Shown here: one piece after another, positions 24,501 through 37,157 of the stretch
How the letters are laid out: each line of letters starts with the position of its first letter
Numbering within the stretch: the first letter of the stretch is position 1
NCBI GenBank assembly: GCA_964016885.1
Contig: OZ024757.1
Location: 17,546,001 to 17,610,000, forward strand
Reading direction: 5' to 3'
DNA: 64,000 bases
Source of the DNA: Eledone cirrhosa
Lineage: Eukaryota
Translations under genes and position numbers: made by a program
The notes under the pieces: generated by a model
What the model was told of the DNA's origin: nothing
Database searches by the model: none
What the model saw: the letters and a program-made list of their open reading frames with translations, nothing else

Positions 24501-27017
24501 ATTTCTAATTTTTTCCTTAGTTCGTTTATGCTTTGCCGTTCACGTATATTACTATTACACATCCAGCGGAGCATGCAAGCTTCGTTCCTCTCTAGTCTGC
24601 GTATATCCTCTGCACACAATGCCCAGGTCTCACTGCCATGCAACATTGCTGTTCGTATGCAGGCATCATACAACCTGCCTTTCATTTTTAGGGAGAACCC
24701 TTTAGCGGCTAATAGTGGTATAAGCTCTCTAAACTTTTCCATCCAGTTCTGACTCTAGCTACTGTACTTTCAGAGCACCCTCCCCCACTGCTGATTTTGT
24801 CACCCAGGTAACGGAAGCTGTCCACTATTTCTATAGAACCCTCTGCGCAATTGAAAGAGTTAGTATTTTGTGGGCACTTGCTGCTACTTATTGCACCAGA
24901 GCACCGGCCACATGTAAAATCTGTGTTCTTAGTTAGCTTACCTGTGATCCCACTACATCTTTTATGCACCCATACTTTGCATTTGGGACATAAAATGGAG
25001 TTTTTACCTACGCCTTTCCTACACACTGAGCATGGCCATTTCCCGGATGGGACCGGTGCCCTATTTTCCTTCCTACAAACTAGAACTTTAGTCTTAGACA
25101 AGTTAACTTAAAGGCCTTTTGATTCTAGGCCATGCTTCCATGTTTGGAATTTCTTCTCTAGTTCGGCCATTGATTCGGCTATGAGCGTTAGATCATCTGC
25201 GTATAGGAGTTCCCACGGGCAGCCGGTCTTGAACTCCTCTGTTATAGCCTGAAGGGCAATAATAAATAGTAGGGAGCTAAAAACAGAGCCCTGATGGACA
25301 CCAACTTTTACGCTAAACTCTTCACTATATTCGTTGTTAATTCTAACCTTGCTGACTGTTTCTTTATACATGGCTTGTATGGCTCTCGCAAGCCATTCGT
25401 CAACACCTAGTTTTCTAAGAGCCCACCAGATAATGGAACGGGGGACTCTGTCGAAGGCTTTCTCCAAGTCGACAAAAGCTAAGTATAGGGGTTTACTTTT
25501 AGCTAGGTACTTCTCCTGTAGTTGTCATACAATGAAAAGAGCATCTGTGGTACTTTTGCCTGACACAAACCCGAACTGCATTTTATCTAGATCAATTCTC
25601 TCTCTGATTAGTTGCGCTATTACTTTTTCCGTGACCTTCATGACCTGGTCGATTAATTTAATGCCTCTATAGCTACTCCTATCTAGGGCGTCTCCTTTAC
25701 CCTTGTAACAGTTAACGATGATGCTGCTACGCCAGTCCTTCGGAACAACCCCATTCTGTATGACTTGGTTTACTATCCGGGTGACCATGGTGTGTCCCAC
25801 CGTACCGGAGGCTTTCAGCATCTCGGCAACTATTTCCGAAGGCCCAGCTGCCTTACCCGTCTTCATATCTTTGATTGCCTTACTTATTATACTACCTTCG
25901 ACTAACACTGCTGGTCCCTCTTTTGGGTCGATGTGGGGGAGACTGTCTTTCTCCTCATTTAGTAGCCTTTCGTAGTGACACTTCCAAGCTACCTTCTTAT
26001 CAGCGTCAGTGATGGCAAGTACACCATCATCGTTAAGTACACACTTCACCCCAACAATATCACGGTTTTCCTTGACACATTGCCTAGCAATCCTGACTGA
26101 ACACCACGTTTTTGGTCCTCGCATTGTAGAACATGCTTGAACTTTCTTTCCTCTGCTTCCCTTCTTGACAAAACTCTGATTCCGTCAGGGAAATGGCCAT
26201 GTTCGATATGCAGAAAAGGAACTGGCATAAATTCTATAAAATGCACACAATGCAGATCCTGGGTACACAAGAGATGTAGTGGGATAGCAGGCAAACTAAC
26301 AGGTAGGGAGAAATATGTATGCAGTAGATGTACAGGGAAATTAGACAGTAGAAGTTGCATTGATAGACTCATTTTTCAAATGCAGAAGGGCGCTATAGAA
26401 GTGGTTGATAGCTTCCGGTACCTAGGAGATCAGATTAGCATGGGAGGAGGGTGTTCCGAGGCCGTAGTATCTAGAATAAGGACGGGTTGGAAGAAGTTTA
26501 GGGAGCTACTTCCTCTGTTGACGACGAAGGGTTTTTCCCTGCGTACGAAAGGCCGGTTGTATGATGCATGTGTGAGGAGCGCGATGCTGCATGGTAGTGA
26601 GACATGGGCAGCAACTGCAGAGGATATGCGACGGCTGGAGAGAAATGAGGCAAGCATGTTCCGTTGGATGTGCAGTGTAAATGTGCGTGAACGACCCAGC
26701 ATAAATGTGTTGAGAGAGAAACTGTGTCTGAGAGGGATAGAATGTAGTGTACGGGAGAGGAGACTGAGGTGGTATGGACATGTGATGCGCATGGAGGATG
26801 ACCGATGGGTGAAGAAGTGCCAGGAAATGCCAGTTGAAGGAAGACGTGGTAGAGGTAGACCACGAAAAACATGGGCGGAGGTGGTGAGAACAGACTTCGG
26901 ATCATTGAAGCTCACGGTGGAGATGACGAAGGACCATGACGAGTGGAGAGATGCTGTGCTGAATAAGACCCGTCCCACCCTTGCAAGCAGGGAAAAGCGG
27001 ACGTAAAATAATGATGA
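21530..27017 (+). mobile_element. Essentially full-length RTE LINE, subfamily A (APE endonuclease + RT), split by a nested LINE
   Basis: ATLNVGTL, VQEVRW, AYAPQ, GDFNGH, QIDF, PQHRLV (21662-22432); RT to 23883; frame resumes at 26167 (MSRKED|KTLIPSGKWPC); a few stops and frameshifts. Confidence 0.92.
23884..26166 (-). mobile_element. RTE subfamily B nested antisense in RTE-A
   Basis: (CAT)n tail at 23882, ORFs homologous to 18681-20320, GACA repeated at 23880-23883 and 26167-26170. Confidence 0.9.
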
Positions 27018-27879
27018 GGTAGCGTGCGAGCTGTGTCTCGACTGGTGTTCGTTTCGTGGTGGTGTGCTAAATGGGCCTGGGCCGGTATGTAGATGCTGGT
27101 CCATCCGAGAACACCTTGAAGTTAATTCTCACTGAAAAAAATTGTGAATTATCTCTCTCCCTTTTCCGACACTTCATACAGATTCTTGGTTTCTTTTTTC
27201 AACACTTCATTTACATTCTTAATTTTAGACACTTATCTACATTCTTATATACAAGGCAAGCTCCCTTTATAAAATGTCTTATAACGTAGGTTTGTAGACG
27301 TCTTATTCTTCGTTTCGTAGAGAAGAGACTGATTAAGAGCCATTTACAAGGCTAAAACCTTTTTTTTTTCATTATCAAACTAGTAACACATCTCGTATTT
27401 ATGTAAAGATTTCTTTATTCATGAGGCTAAAAGCTCATCTTTTTTGTCAAAATAAACACAATTAGTATTTAATATGTAAACATTTTATTAACAAGAAACT
27501 CCACCATTCCTACTTATAAATACTTTCGCAAACAACACAGCAAATGACCTAGAATGCTGGACATCTGTAAAAAAAAAATGAAACTATAAAAAAAAAAAAT
27601 GTTAAACTTTATGAAATTCTTCCAGTTTTGTCTTTTAAATATAAGCGTATATATATATACATTTAATTACAGAAGAGAGGAAACGAGAAAACCTGTTCCT
27701 ATGTTGGGTACATCAGGATGATTGCCATGCAAAATAAAGCAATCCATCGAGCTGTGTGGTTATTGCGTTGGGAAGTCGAACAAAAACATGCCAGACGGTG
27801 CTTACCAAGATGGCATGAAAGAGGAGAGCAGTTGAATGGAGGCTATGTTGGTTGTATGTTAAAAGTTAAAGCGATATAG

Positions 27880-28470
27880 ATCTAGTTAACACAGATCAAC
27901 AGTTAACCTTTGAGTATGATGAGATCTGAAAACAAAATTCGTTGAGATCCTTGAGAGAAGTGAGTGTCAGAGCATTGAGAGTATCATCCACCAACCGCGT
28001 TTGTGATGGACCGGACACCTCTGCAGAATGGAGGATGATCGAATCCAGAAACAACATTTGTATTGCAAGCTTTGTGAGGGTAAGAGACCACCTCAGAAAC
28101 GAAGGCTCTGATTCAAGGATTGTGTAAAGGACTCTTTGAAAAAAACTGGTTTGATGATGGCTGACTGGGAGATAGAAGCTCTTGAAAGAGAAACTTGGTG
28201 TGGAATGGTGAATGATGGGGTCCATAATTTTGAGGACAGATGCATAGAGCACGAGAAGATCAAACGGGATGTGCGTAAGCTATGCCCTGGTGTATCTCTC
28301 GAAACAATTGTTGTCTCCATTGAATTGAAGTGCTCTGAGTGTGGAAAAATTTGCTTGAGCAAATCTGGTCTCAGGAGCCACAGTCGCGAAGAAAGAAGGC
28401 GACGAGTGGAGAGAAGCCGTGTCGAGAAGGGCCCATCCAACACATGCAAGCAGTAAAAACGATGATGATG
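27880..28470 (+). mobile_element. 3' fragment of a different RTE (BovB-like) LINE with a C-terminal C2H2 finger
   Basis: KDSLKK..DWEIEALERETW..CSECGKICLSKSGLRSHSR; ends in (ATG)n. Confidence 0.65.
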
Positions 28471-28657
28471 TACATATACTCACATAGAGATATGCACATA
28501 CTTTTATACAAACATATACATGGACACAAATTTCTATACACATACATATGCACTCATATATATATATGTATATACATATAACCTTACGGTAAATATTGAT
28601 CCAATTCATATCAAGCACTCTACGCATTTTTTCCACAACGGAAAAACGGAGTATATT

Positions 28658-28846
28658 TAGAATGAGAAAATTCGAAGTAGTTTCAGATGTTAAAGTCCTT
28701 TATTGATAATGCTATGATTCTGTGTACCCAGTGCCGTGACTTCATAATGATGTCATGGCACTGGGTACACGGAATTGTGTGGCCACTGTCTTCATTATCA
28801 ACAAAGGTCTTTAATATCTAAAACTACTTTGCATTTTTTTATTCTA
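28658..28846. mobile_element. MITE-like nested foldback element
   Basis: ~54-bp imperfect outer inverted arms and a 24-bp inner hairpin (28717-28775); left-arm copies at ~35580-35660, 36715-36845 and 44075-44200. Confidence 0.65.
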
Positions 28847-29062
28847 TATATATATATATTTATATATATTATTTGTGAATTCTGTACCATACAGTTTTGT
28901 CAGCACAAGTCTTAGTTACAACTGCTACAAAAAAAAAAAATGAGAAGAGAATATTTTCTTAGTAAACTAGTTTTATTTAAAACATTTACAACATTGGTGA
29001 CACTATTGTGGGTAAATGTTAGTTTTTATCTTGTCCGATTGAGTCTTATTAAGTAACCTTTA

Positions 29063-29919
29063 CAACAGAATTATTTACCACAAACATCACAGTGATATGG
29101 TTCCTCTCCTGTATATGTTAGTGTCTAGTGAAGTCACAACATTTAGAGAATGATTTACAGAAGATATCACATTGACATGGTTCTTCTCCTGTATGTATAT
29201 ATTAGTATCTGGTGAAGCCACAACATATAGAAAACGATTTACAAAAAATATCACATTGATATGGTTCCTCTCCTGTATATGTTAGTGTCTACTGAAGCCA
29301 CAATATTTAGAGAATGATTTACTACAGAAATAATAGAGATATGGTTTCCCTCATCTATGCATATGTATATATTTAGTTAACTTGCTCCATTCAAATAAAC
29401 ATTTCCAAACATATCAAAGTGATATGGCTTCATCATTTTACGTCCACTTTTCCCTGCTTGCAAGGGTGGGACGGGAACTGATTCTGGCTTGATTTCTACA
29501 GCTGGATGCCCTTCCTAACACAGTGAGTGCTGGGTGCTTTTTTGCCGTGGCACCTCCACGACCACTTTGCAGTGGAATGATAGGGACCCCAGTCCTATCA
29601 TCTCATTTCTACAGCTGAGTAAACTGGAGCAATGTGAAATAAAGTGTCTTGCTCAAAGAAACAACACATTGCCCGGTCTGAGAATTGAACTCACAACCTT
29701 TCGATTGCAAGACCAATGCTCTAACCACTAAGCCATGTGCCTCCCACTTGTATATATGTTTCAGTGTAATTAATGCAGCATTGAAAGAGAATGATTTCCC
29801 ACTGATATGTATTTGTGACTCAATAATTCACAATTTTGAGAGAATCATTTATAAGTGATATCACTGTTACGATTTCTTTTCTGTATGTATGAGTTTGTGA
29901 GTAGTTAAGCTATTATTTA
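29063..29919 (-). pseudogene. Decayed zinc-finger repeats downstream of the ZNF stop codon (putative 3' UTR)
   Basis: Degenerate ACAGGAGAG.AACCATATCA.TGTGAT and AAATCATTCTCT units with stops and indels; candidate AATAAA on the minus strand at 28972-28977. Confidence 0.75.
29430..29745 (-). mobile_element. tRNA-headed SINE with RTE-A tail (same family as 15365-15692)
   Basis: Reverse complement aligns along its whole length, with an internal deletion. Confidence 0.85.
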
Positions 29920-31629
29920 CTAGATATCACAGTGATATGGCTTCTCTCCTGTATGTATACGTTTGTGTTTAGTTAAGCTAGCATGTTGAGAGAATGATTT
30001 ACCACATATATCACAGTGATATGGCATGTCTCCTGTATGTATACGTTTGTGACATGTTAAGCTAGTGCTTACAGAGAATGATTTACCACAGATCTCACAG
30101 TGATATGGCATTTCTCCTGTATGTATACGTTTGTGAGATGTTAAGTTTCCTATTTGAGAGAATGATTTACCACAGATCTCACAGTGATATGGCTTCTCTC
30201 CTGTATGCATACGTTTGTGAGAGGTTAAGTTTCCTTTTTGAGAGAATGATTTACCACAGATATCACAGTGATATGGTTTCTCACCTGTATGTACACATTT
30301 GTGAGTAGTTGGGTGACAACTTACAGAGAATGATTTACCACAGATATCACAGTGATATGGCTTGTCTCCTGTATGTATACGTCTGTGAGAAGTTAGGTGA
30401 CTACTTACAGAGAATGATTTACCACAGATCTCACAGTGATATGGCTTATCTCTTGTATGTATGCGTTTGTGTTTAGTTAAGTTACTGCTTACTGAGAATG
30501 ATTTACCACAGATCTCACAGTGATATGGCTTGTCTCTTGTATGTATGCGTTTGTGGTTAATTAAGGTACTGCTTACAGAGAATGATTTACCACAGATCTC
30601 ACAGTGATATGGCATGTCTCCTGTATGTATACGTTTGTGAGAAGTTAGGAGATTACTTACAGTGAATGATTTACCACAGATCTCACAGTGATATGGCTTG
30701 TCTCCTGTATGTATACGTTTGTGAGATGTTAAGGTAGTGCTTACAGAGAATGATTTACCACAGATCTCACAGTGATATGGCATTTCTCCTGTATGTATAC
30801 GTTTGTGTTTAGTTACGTTTCCTTTTTGAGAGAATGATTTACCACAGATATCACAGTGATATGGTTTCTCACCTGTATGTACACGTTTGTGAGAAGTTAG
30901 GTGACTATTTATAGAGAATGATTTACCACAGATATCACAGTGATATGGCGTGTCTCCTGTATGTATACGTCTGTGAGAAGTTAGGTGACAACTTACAGAG
31001 AATGATTTACCACAGATCTCACAGTGATATGGCTTGTCTCCTGTATGTATACGTTTGTGAGAAGTTAGGTGACTATTTATAGAGAATGATTTACCACAGA
31101 TCTCACAGTGATATGGCTTGTCTCCTGTATGTATGCGTTTGTGGTTAATTAAGGTACTGCTTACAGAGAATGATTTACCACAGATCTCACAGTGATATGG
31201 CATGTCTCCTGTATGTATACGTTTGTGAGAAGTTAGGAGATTACTTACAGTGAATGATTTACCACAGATCTCACAGTGATATGGCTTGTCTCCTGTATGT
31301 ATGCGTTTGTGTTTAGTTAAGGAAGCGCTTACAGAGAATGATTTACCACAGATATCACAATGATATGGCTTCTCTCCTGAATGTACATGTTTGTGAATAG
31401 TTAAGGTGTTCTTATAAGCGAATGATTTTTTACAGATATCACAGTGATATGGCCTGTCTCCTGTATGTATACGTCTGTGTATAGTTAAGTGGCTATTACA
31501 AGAGAATGACTTTTTACAGATATCACAATAATATGGCTTCTCTCCTTTATCCTTCAGCATCTCATCTGGAATATTCATCCTTTTAGACAGTGTTTCAGAT
31601 TTTATCTCCTCACTCACTCTATTTTCCAT
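29920..31629 (-). CDS. Tandem C2H2 zinc-finger protein, 19 complete fingers, no recognisable effector domain
   Basis: 569-aa uninterrupted ORF of 28-aa repeats PYHCxICGKSFxxxxxLxxHKRIH with TGEK/TGDK linkers; ~30-aa N-terminal leader; stop falls inside finger 20. Confidence 0.93.
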   Translation of the reverse strand: MENRVSEEIKSETLSKRMNIPDEMLKDKGEKPYYCDICKKSFSCNSHLTIHRRIHTGDRPYHCDICKKSFAYKNTLTIHKHVHSGEKPYHCDICGKSFSVSASLTKHKRIHTGDKPYHCEICGKSFTVSNLLTSHKRIHTGDMPYHCEICGKSFSVSSTLINHKRIHTGDKPYHCEICGKSFSINSHLTSHKRIHTGDKPYHCEICGKSFSVSCHLTSHRRIHTGDTPYHCDICGKSFSINSHLTSHKRVHTGEKPYHCDICGKSFSQKGNVTKHKRIHTGEMPYHCEICGKSFSVSTTLTSHKRIHTGDKPYHCEICGKSFTVSNLLTSHKRIHTGDMPYHCEICGKSFSVSSTLINHKRIHTRDKPYHCEICGKSFSVSSNLTKHKRIHTRDKPYHCEICGKSFSVSSHLTSHRRIHTGDKPYHCDICGKSFSVSCHPTTHKCVHTGEKPYHCDICGKSFSQKGNLTSHKRMHTGEKPYHCEICGKSFSQIGNLTSHKRIHTGEMPYHCEICGKSFSVSTSLTCHKRIHTGDMPYHCDICGKSFSQHASLTKHKRIHTGEKPYHCDI

Positions 31630-31958
31630 AATGATTTTTTCGTCTCTATAGAATATAGATGTTTTTCTTGTAATATTTTTTATATTATATTCCTGAAAAT
31701 ATTTTTTCTACTATATTTCCCTCAACTGTGATCTCAGTTAATATTTGAAGATAATGCAAACTTCTTTTTCATCCAAATTTAGTAAAAATAGAAAATATAT
31801 CTCATAGTGAAGAAAGGAAATTTTGTCAAAAAATTCAGTTCTGGGGAAATATTTCAGTAATTCAACCATAGATTTATATAATTTCAGTATAAAAAGCCCA
31901 ATACAGGTGATGTATTCAAGATTAAAAATAGTAATTTATCCCAATGTCATCTGTTATT

Positions 31959-31975
31959 CTGAAATAAGAAAGAAA
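31959..31975 (-). promoter_or_regulatory. Candidate 3' splice acceptor for the ZNF coding exon
   Basis: Minus strand TTTCTTTCTTATTTCAG ~330 nt upstream of the ATG. Confidence 0.5.
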
Positions 31976-32644
31976 TAGTATGAGATAATAGAGAATACTT
32001 AAAGAGCAGAAATAGATTTGAAAGTGGAAATTTTATATTTCAATATTGGTAAACTGTAGATATCAACTTTCCTGTCCAGAGCAATTCTCTCTAATGTGAG
32101 CAGTGGTAATCCAGCATGTTATCATTCTACCTCTTGGGAGGTCTGTTCTCTGGCATTTTCCCAGGAAATATATTCTAATACAATTTTCTAACATAGCTAT
32201 CATCCCCTCTCCTGATAATATGTCAACACCATTTTAACCTCCATCTTTTTATTAGCAGGAGTCAATTCTTTCTCTCTCCCTTTCTAGTCTCCTCTGGGAG
32301 AAATCAGCTGTGTTTAGACCAGGAGTTACAAGTCTAGATGAATCCATACAATATCTGATTTCATTTCAAGTTATATTCAGATATCAATTATATTCAGACC
32401 CGAAGAGGAGATAGGCTCCATCAGGTTTTAACAAATGAGCATGAACTCCTTCGACTCCACCAGAGTTACGTTTCTTTAGGAATATGTCTGGGTGAGCCAG
32501 CCAAGTAGGGATTGAGTATCTGTATTTCAGGGAGCTGCTTTGATGGTGAAGGGACATCTGTTGTGTCTGGTTTCATTGGTGACTACATAAGGTTCTATAC
32601 TGTAAAGAGCTACCTGAAACACTGTCTGGTACATGTTTCAAATA

Positions 32645-33295
32645 CATGATCAAAGCCATGTATAGGGGAGAAATCAGCAAAGTTAGGATTAACATTGACT
32701 ATAGTGAAGAATTTGGAGTGCAGGTTGGTGTCCACCATGGCTCTGTTCTTAACCCTCTTTTGTTTATTATCATCCTGCATGCTATAACAGAGGAATTTAA
32801 GACAGGCTTCCCATGGGAACTCCTGTGTGTAGATGATCTAACAATTATAGCTGAATCTATGGCAGAATTAGAAGGGAAAACAGAGCCCTGATCCTCTCAG
32901 AGAAATGGCCTTACTCAGTGTGCAAGAATTGTGTAGGTAGAAATTCCATCCTCTATCCAAAATGCAAACTATAGGTACACAAGAGATGTAGTGGGATCTC
33001 AGGTAGGCTAGCTAAGGACGTTTGTTTTATATATGGTCATTGCACAGGAGCAGTAGGCAACAAACGGCCACAGGAAAGAAGCTCTATCAAATTCTTGGGG
33101 GGTTCTGTAGAAGTAAACAGCTTCTGCTATCTGGGTGACCAAATCAGCAGTGGAGGTAGGTGTTCTATAAGTGCAGTAGCCTGAGTGAACATGGAATAGA
33201 AAAAGTTCAGGGAGCTACTACCACTGTTATCTACTAAAGGCTTTTCCCTGAAAACAAGGAGCAGCATGTATAATGTGTGTATACGAACAGTTTAA
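32645..33295 (+). mobile_element. Decayed RTE RT fragment
   Basis: GVHHGSVLNPLLF..CVDDL. Confidence 0.8.
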
Positions 33296-33319
33296 CATAC
33301 ATATATATCCATACATAGA

Positions 33320-34165
33320 GAGAGAGGTAGGAGGGCTCCCGATAAGCCTGCCAAGCAAAGTGGTAGAGTTGTGGGACCTTCTCTCTTACTGAACTGAGCG
33401 GAGTTGAATTTGTTCTTGTGGTCAAGTTTGAGGATGACCCTGGGGGACAAGGAAGGCAAGTTGGTAAAGGCTCTGGTAGCATGGGCAGCAGCCTCACATC
33501 CCAGCTTGGTACCAATCCCTAGCTGGATGTGTCAGAGACCGATAGCAAACGCACCTTTGCAGCAAGATGGCAAAGGTTACAACCAACCACAATGGGGCAC
33601 AGGTCTTCGTTGGGTTTAGTGAGACTGAATAATTTGGCACCGAAGAACCGTGGGCAGATATAGGGGAGAACCGATTCACAAACTGAGTCAAACTCTCCAA
33701 GAACTCGAGTCTGGGGTCACAGGCCGATAAGGAGATACCATCCTTGAGGTGCTGAGGTCGAAGGCTGTCAATCTTGAGCCTGAACTGGTGGGGAAGGATG
33801 TAATCACCTTTCTGATGTTATCAGTGGTGTAGACCAGTCTTGAGTATTCTGGTGGTTCAGGCCAGTGTAACTGATCATCTGGGGGTACCGATGGGTGCTT
33901 CCCTTTCAGACGCTCAAGAGAATCAGAGATACACGGAATAAGGGAGGACAGAGAATAGAGGAGATGGACAGCTCCTTTCGTGTCAAATTCGCTGAATTTG
34001 GCACGCTTGAGGTTTATCAGTTGCCTGTTGGTAGGCACTGAGCTCGATTTCAAACTGAGGTGAAAAGTGCTCCTTTAGAGATCCGGTTGATGAGCTTTGA
34101 TTTGAATAAACCCTGTAAGACTGCGGCAAAGTCCTCAGTAGAGAGCTGGTCGTTGAAGCATAGGA
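33320..34165 (-). mobile_element. Decayed CRE-clade LINE RT fragment
   Basis: Across frames: LKGKHP, VITSFPTSSGS, LESLTQFVN, GCEAAAHA, VPQLYHFAWQAY. Confidence 0.65.
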
Positions 34166-35376
34166 CATCTTATGTATAGAAAAAATATATTATGTCTATA
34201 TACTTTTGACATGTGTATATAATCTCATATGTAAATTTAATAATATATTTCACATACTCATTTCAAAGATTACCCTGTGCTGATAGGAAATGCATAGTCT
34301 GTAAGCTAAGCCTGCAAATCAATTGTAGAAATTAGGGGTAAGTGGAGGGAAGAATAGTAAGTGGAGTAGGGGGGGGGGAAGATGAGTGCGTGGAGATGAG
34401 TGTGGTCATGTAAAAGGCAGGTAAATACTTTGGAAGAGAAAGAGCAATGGACATACAAAGAGAAGGAAAAAACATTAGAAGTAAAAATTCAAAGGCTGTG
34501 AAACCACAGTAATGAAAATTATAAAAACATAGCAAAGATAGGGAGGTGATATTAAAATATCGGGGAGAGGGAGACTGAGAAAATAAGAAAGAAAACAAGC
34601 AGAACAAGCCCCCCAAAAAAGGAATTAATAGGTGTACTAAATACGGGGAAATGAGTGTGAGATGTTGAGATGTGTGAGTAAATATTTAAAATAGTAAATT
34701 CTATAGTGGTGCAAGAATAGGACAGTGAGATATTAAAACATTGAAGAGAAGCGATTGGAATTGAGGAAAGAAATTTGAAATTAACTGAAGATTGTTGATG
34801 AAGTTGTTTGTTTTTAAGCAAAGACGATGAGAAAGAAAAAAGTGTTAATTGATTATTTGACCGTGTAGTTAAGATGTCGAGACAAAATATATTACAAGTG
34901 TGTATATTAGATGGGTGGGTATAATATATTGTCTATTATGGATAATGTATAGAAAAAATATATAATGTATATATATTTTTGACGTGTGTATATAATCTCA
35001 TTTGTAAATTTAATTTATATTTCGTGGCCTGGTATGAGTAACAATTTTTAGAGGGTTTATAACAAAATATAGAAAAGTTAGTGAGAAATATTTTAAAATT
35101 AAAACATAATAAAGGAGTGAAAAAAAAATTAATAATGATAAAAATTGTTGAATTACCTTGAAAATATTTATGTCTTTAGCCAGAGATTTGATAGGAAATA
35201 TGTATATATTAGGTTGATATGTGGTCTAAAATATATATTGCCCACAAATGACTGATATCAGATGTTCTGGTGAAATAGTCGTTTTTCTACTACAGATTAT
35301 AATGGAGCTGTTAGTAGACCCAATAGTAAAGTAAGAATAGATATGACAGTGTAAGACTGAAGTCAGGGAGGAAAAT

Positions 35377-35413
<37 letters not shown>

Positions 35414-35959
35414 GTAATTGTTACACAGGATATTAGATTAATTGAAGTTATAATGAAAACAACTTGTATGCGATGACGTTGACAATATTTGTGTGTGTAT
35501 GTATATTATATTTATATATATATATGTGCATGTGTGTATATATTTATTTGTAAATATATATATACACACATACTTCCGGTAAACATTGATCCAATTCAAG
35601 TACTCCACAAGTAGTTTCAGATGTCAAAGTCCTTTACTGATAAGAATGTGATAGATATTTCAATGATATATATATATTTGCTAGAAATAGCAGCGAAATT
35701 ATCTTTTACAGCTTTATTTTTTGTTTAAACTCTCGTAAGTTTGGTTATACAATCAACAACAGCAAAACTTTTTTGTACAGACTTCAGAATAAACTCAAAG
35801 CCTGCCAGAATATCATTCTCCCTCTTATTTTGTATGTGTGTGTGTATTTATTTGTAAATATATATATGCGTATCCCTCCCCCAATCTCTCTCTCTTTATA
35901 TATACATACATATATATATATATATATATACCTCTTAACCAAATATAGACCCCAATCCA

Positions 35960-36320
35960 CTACCCCTACCCTATCCTCCCACTCCCACCAACACCACCCC
36001 CTCTCTATAAAGTTGGTACCACAACACCCAGTCCAAATAAATGAGATCGAGATCGTGTAGGTGTCACGAGAAAAAAATACACGCAGTCCACGCTGTAATG
36101 GGGTCGTGTAGGTAGCACGGTAAAAAGTTCCCAGTTCCACACTGTAAATGTGGTTGGTGTTAGGAAGGGCATCCATCCGTAGAAAACCTGCCAGATAGTC
36201 CTATATGAGTGAGACACGGTCACCCGACCAACCTTGCCTCAAGTGGGACAACTCCCGTCTAACCCATGCTAGCGTGGAAAGTGGACGTTAAACGAGGATG
36301 ATGATGATGATGATGATGAT
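35960..36320 (+). mobile_element. RTE-B-like 3' UTR fragment with (GAT)n tail
   Basis: Aligns with 20330-20665. Confidence 0.75.
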
Positions 36321-36339
36321 ATATATTATATAGAATAAC

Positions 36340-36532
36340 GAGGCTGGACTGGTGTAATTCCTTGAAAGGTTTATTATACTATGATCATTTCAAAGACCGG
36401 GTTCAGTATGAATCCGGTGACATCATCAGGTATTCTGAATACCTGATCATGTCACCGGATTCATACTGAACCCGGCCATTGAAATGATCATAGTATAATA
36501 AACCTTTCAAGGAATTACACCAGTCCAGCCTC
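36340..36532. repeat. Foldback palindrome, ~96-bp arms, centre 36436
   Basis: The arms are reverse complements with about 4 mismatches and a 1-nt spacer. Confidence 0.95.
36376..36433 (-). ncRNA. Minimal hammerhead-like motif (imperfect base of stem II)
   Basis: ATAC-CTGATGA-..CCGG.TTCA(TAC)TGAA.CCGG..-GAAA-TGATCA-TA-GTAT; the mirror copy has CTGATCA. Confidence 0.5.
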
Positions 36533-36844
36533 CTGTTATTTTATAATAATTAACTCCGTACTCGCACCACCAACAACACAAACGAAGACGGGTGAGTTGC
36601 ATTACGTCGAGTGCTCTCCCTAATATTACATTGAGGTTGACCATATAGAATGACCAGTTCTATCCAGTGGTGAACCAACAAACCTAAATAAATATATATA
36701 TATATATACTTACAGCAAATATTGATCCAATTCAATTCAAGTATTCCATATAGGGATGTTGGAGTATATTTAGAATAAGAAAATACGAAGTAGTTTCAGA
36801 TGTTAAAGTCCTTTACTGATAAGAATGTGATACATATGTCAATG

Positions 36845-36876
<32 letters not shown>

Positions 36877-36906
36877 AGATCAAAAGATGGTTAAAGGAGT
36901 TCCATG

Positions 36907-36977
36907 TATTTTATTATGCGCATTTCAAAAACAAACATCATCATGCAATAATATTTGTGTTTTCATCAGATAAAACA
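36907..36977 (-). ncRNA. Minimal type-I hammerhead ribozyme (mirror copy)
   Basis: Exact reverse complement of 37087-37157. Confidence 0.7.
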
Positions 36978-37086
36978 GGAGAACATGATATGAAGGCTAA
37001 AAAACACTTGTGGATAGTGCAGTTTTAAATCAACATATCAACTGCACTATCCACAAGTGTTTTTTAGCCTTCATATCATGTTCTCC

Positions 37087-37157
37087 TGTTTTATCTGATG
37101 AAAACACAAATATTATTGCATGATGATGTTTGTTTTTGAAATGCGCATAATAAAATA
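37087..37157 (+). ncRNA. Minimal type-I hammerhead ribozyme
   Basis: Stem I TTTTAT/ATAAAA, CTGATGA (37095-37101), 12-bp stem II with G-U pairs and a GCAT loop, GAAA (37138-37141), palindromic TGCGCA, AUA cleavage triplet. Confidence 0.72.

Noticed and set aside
26430-27104. Long ORFs antisense to RTE or LTR coding regions (also 18017-18829, 40527-41123, 42403-42888, 61468-62016)
   Set aside because: Shadow frames of retroelement ORFs with no independent motifs.
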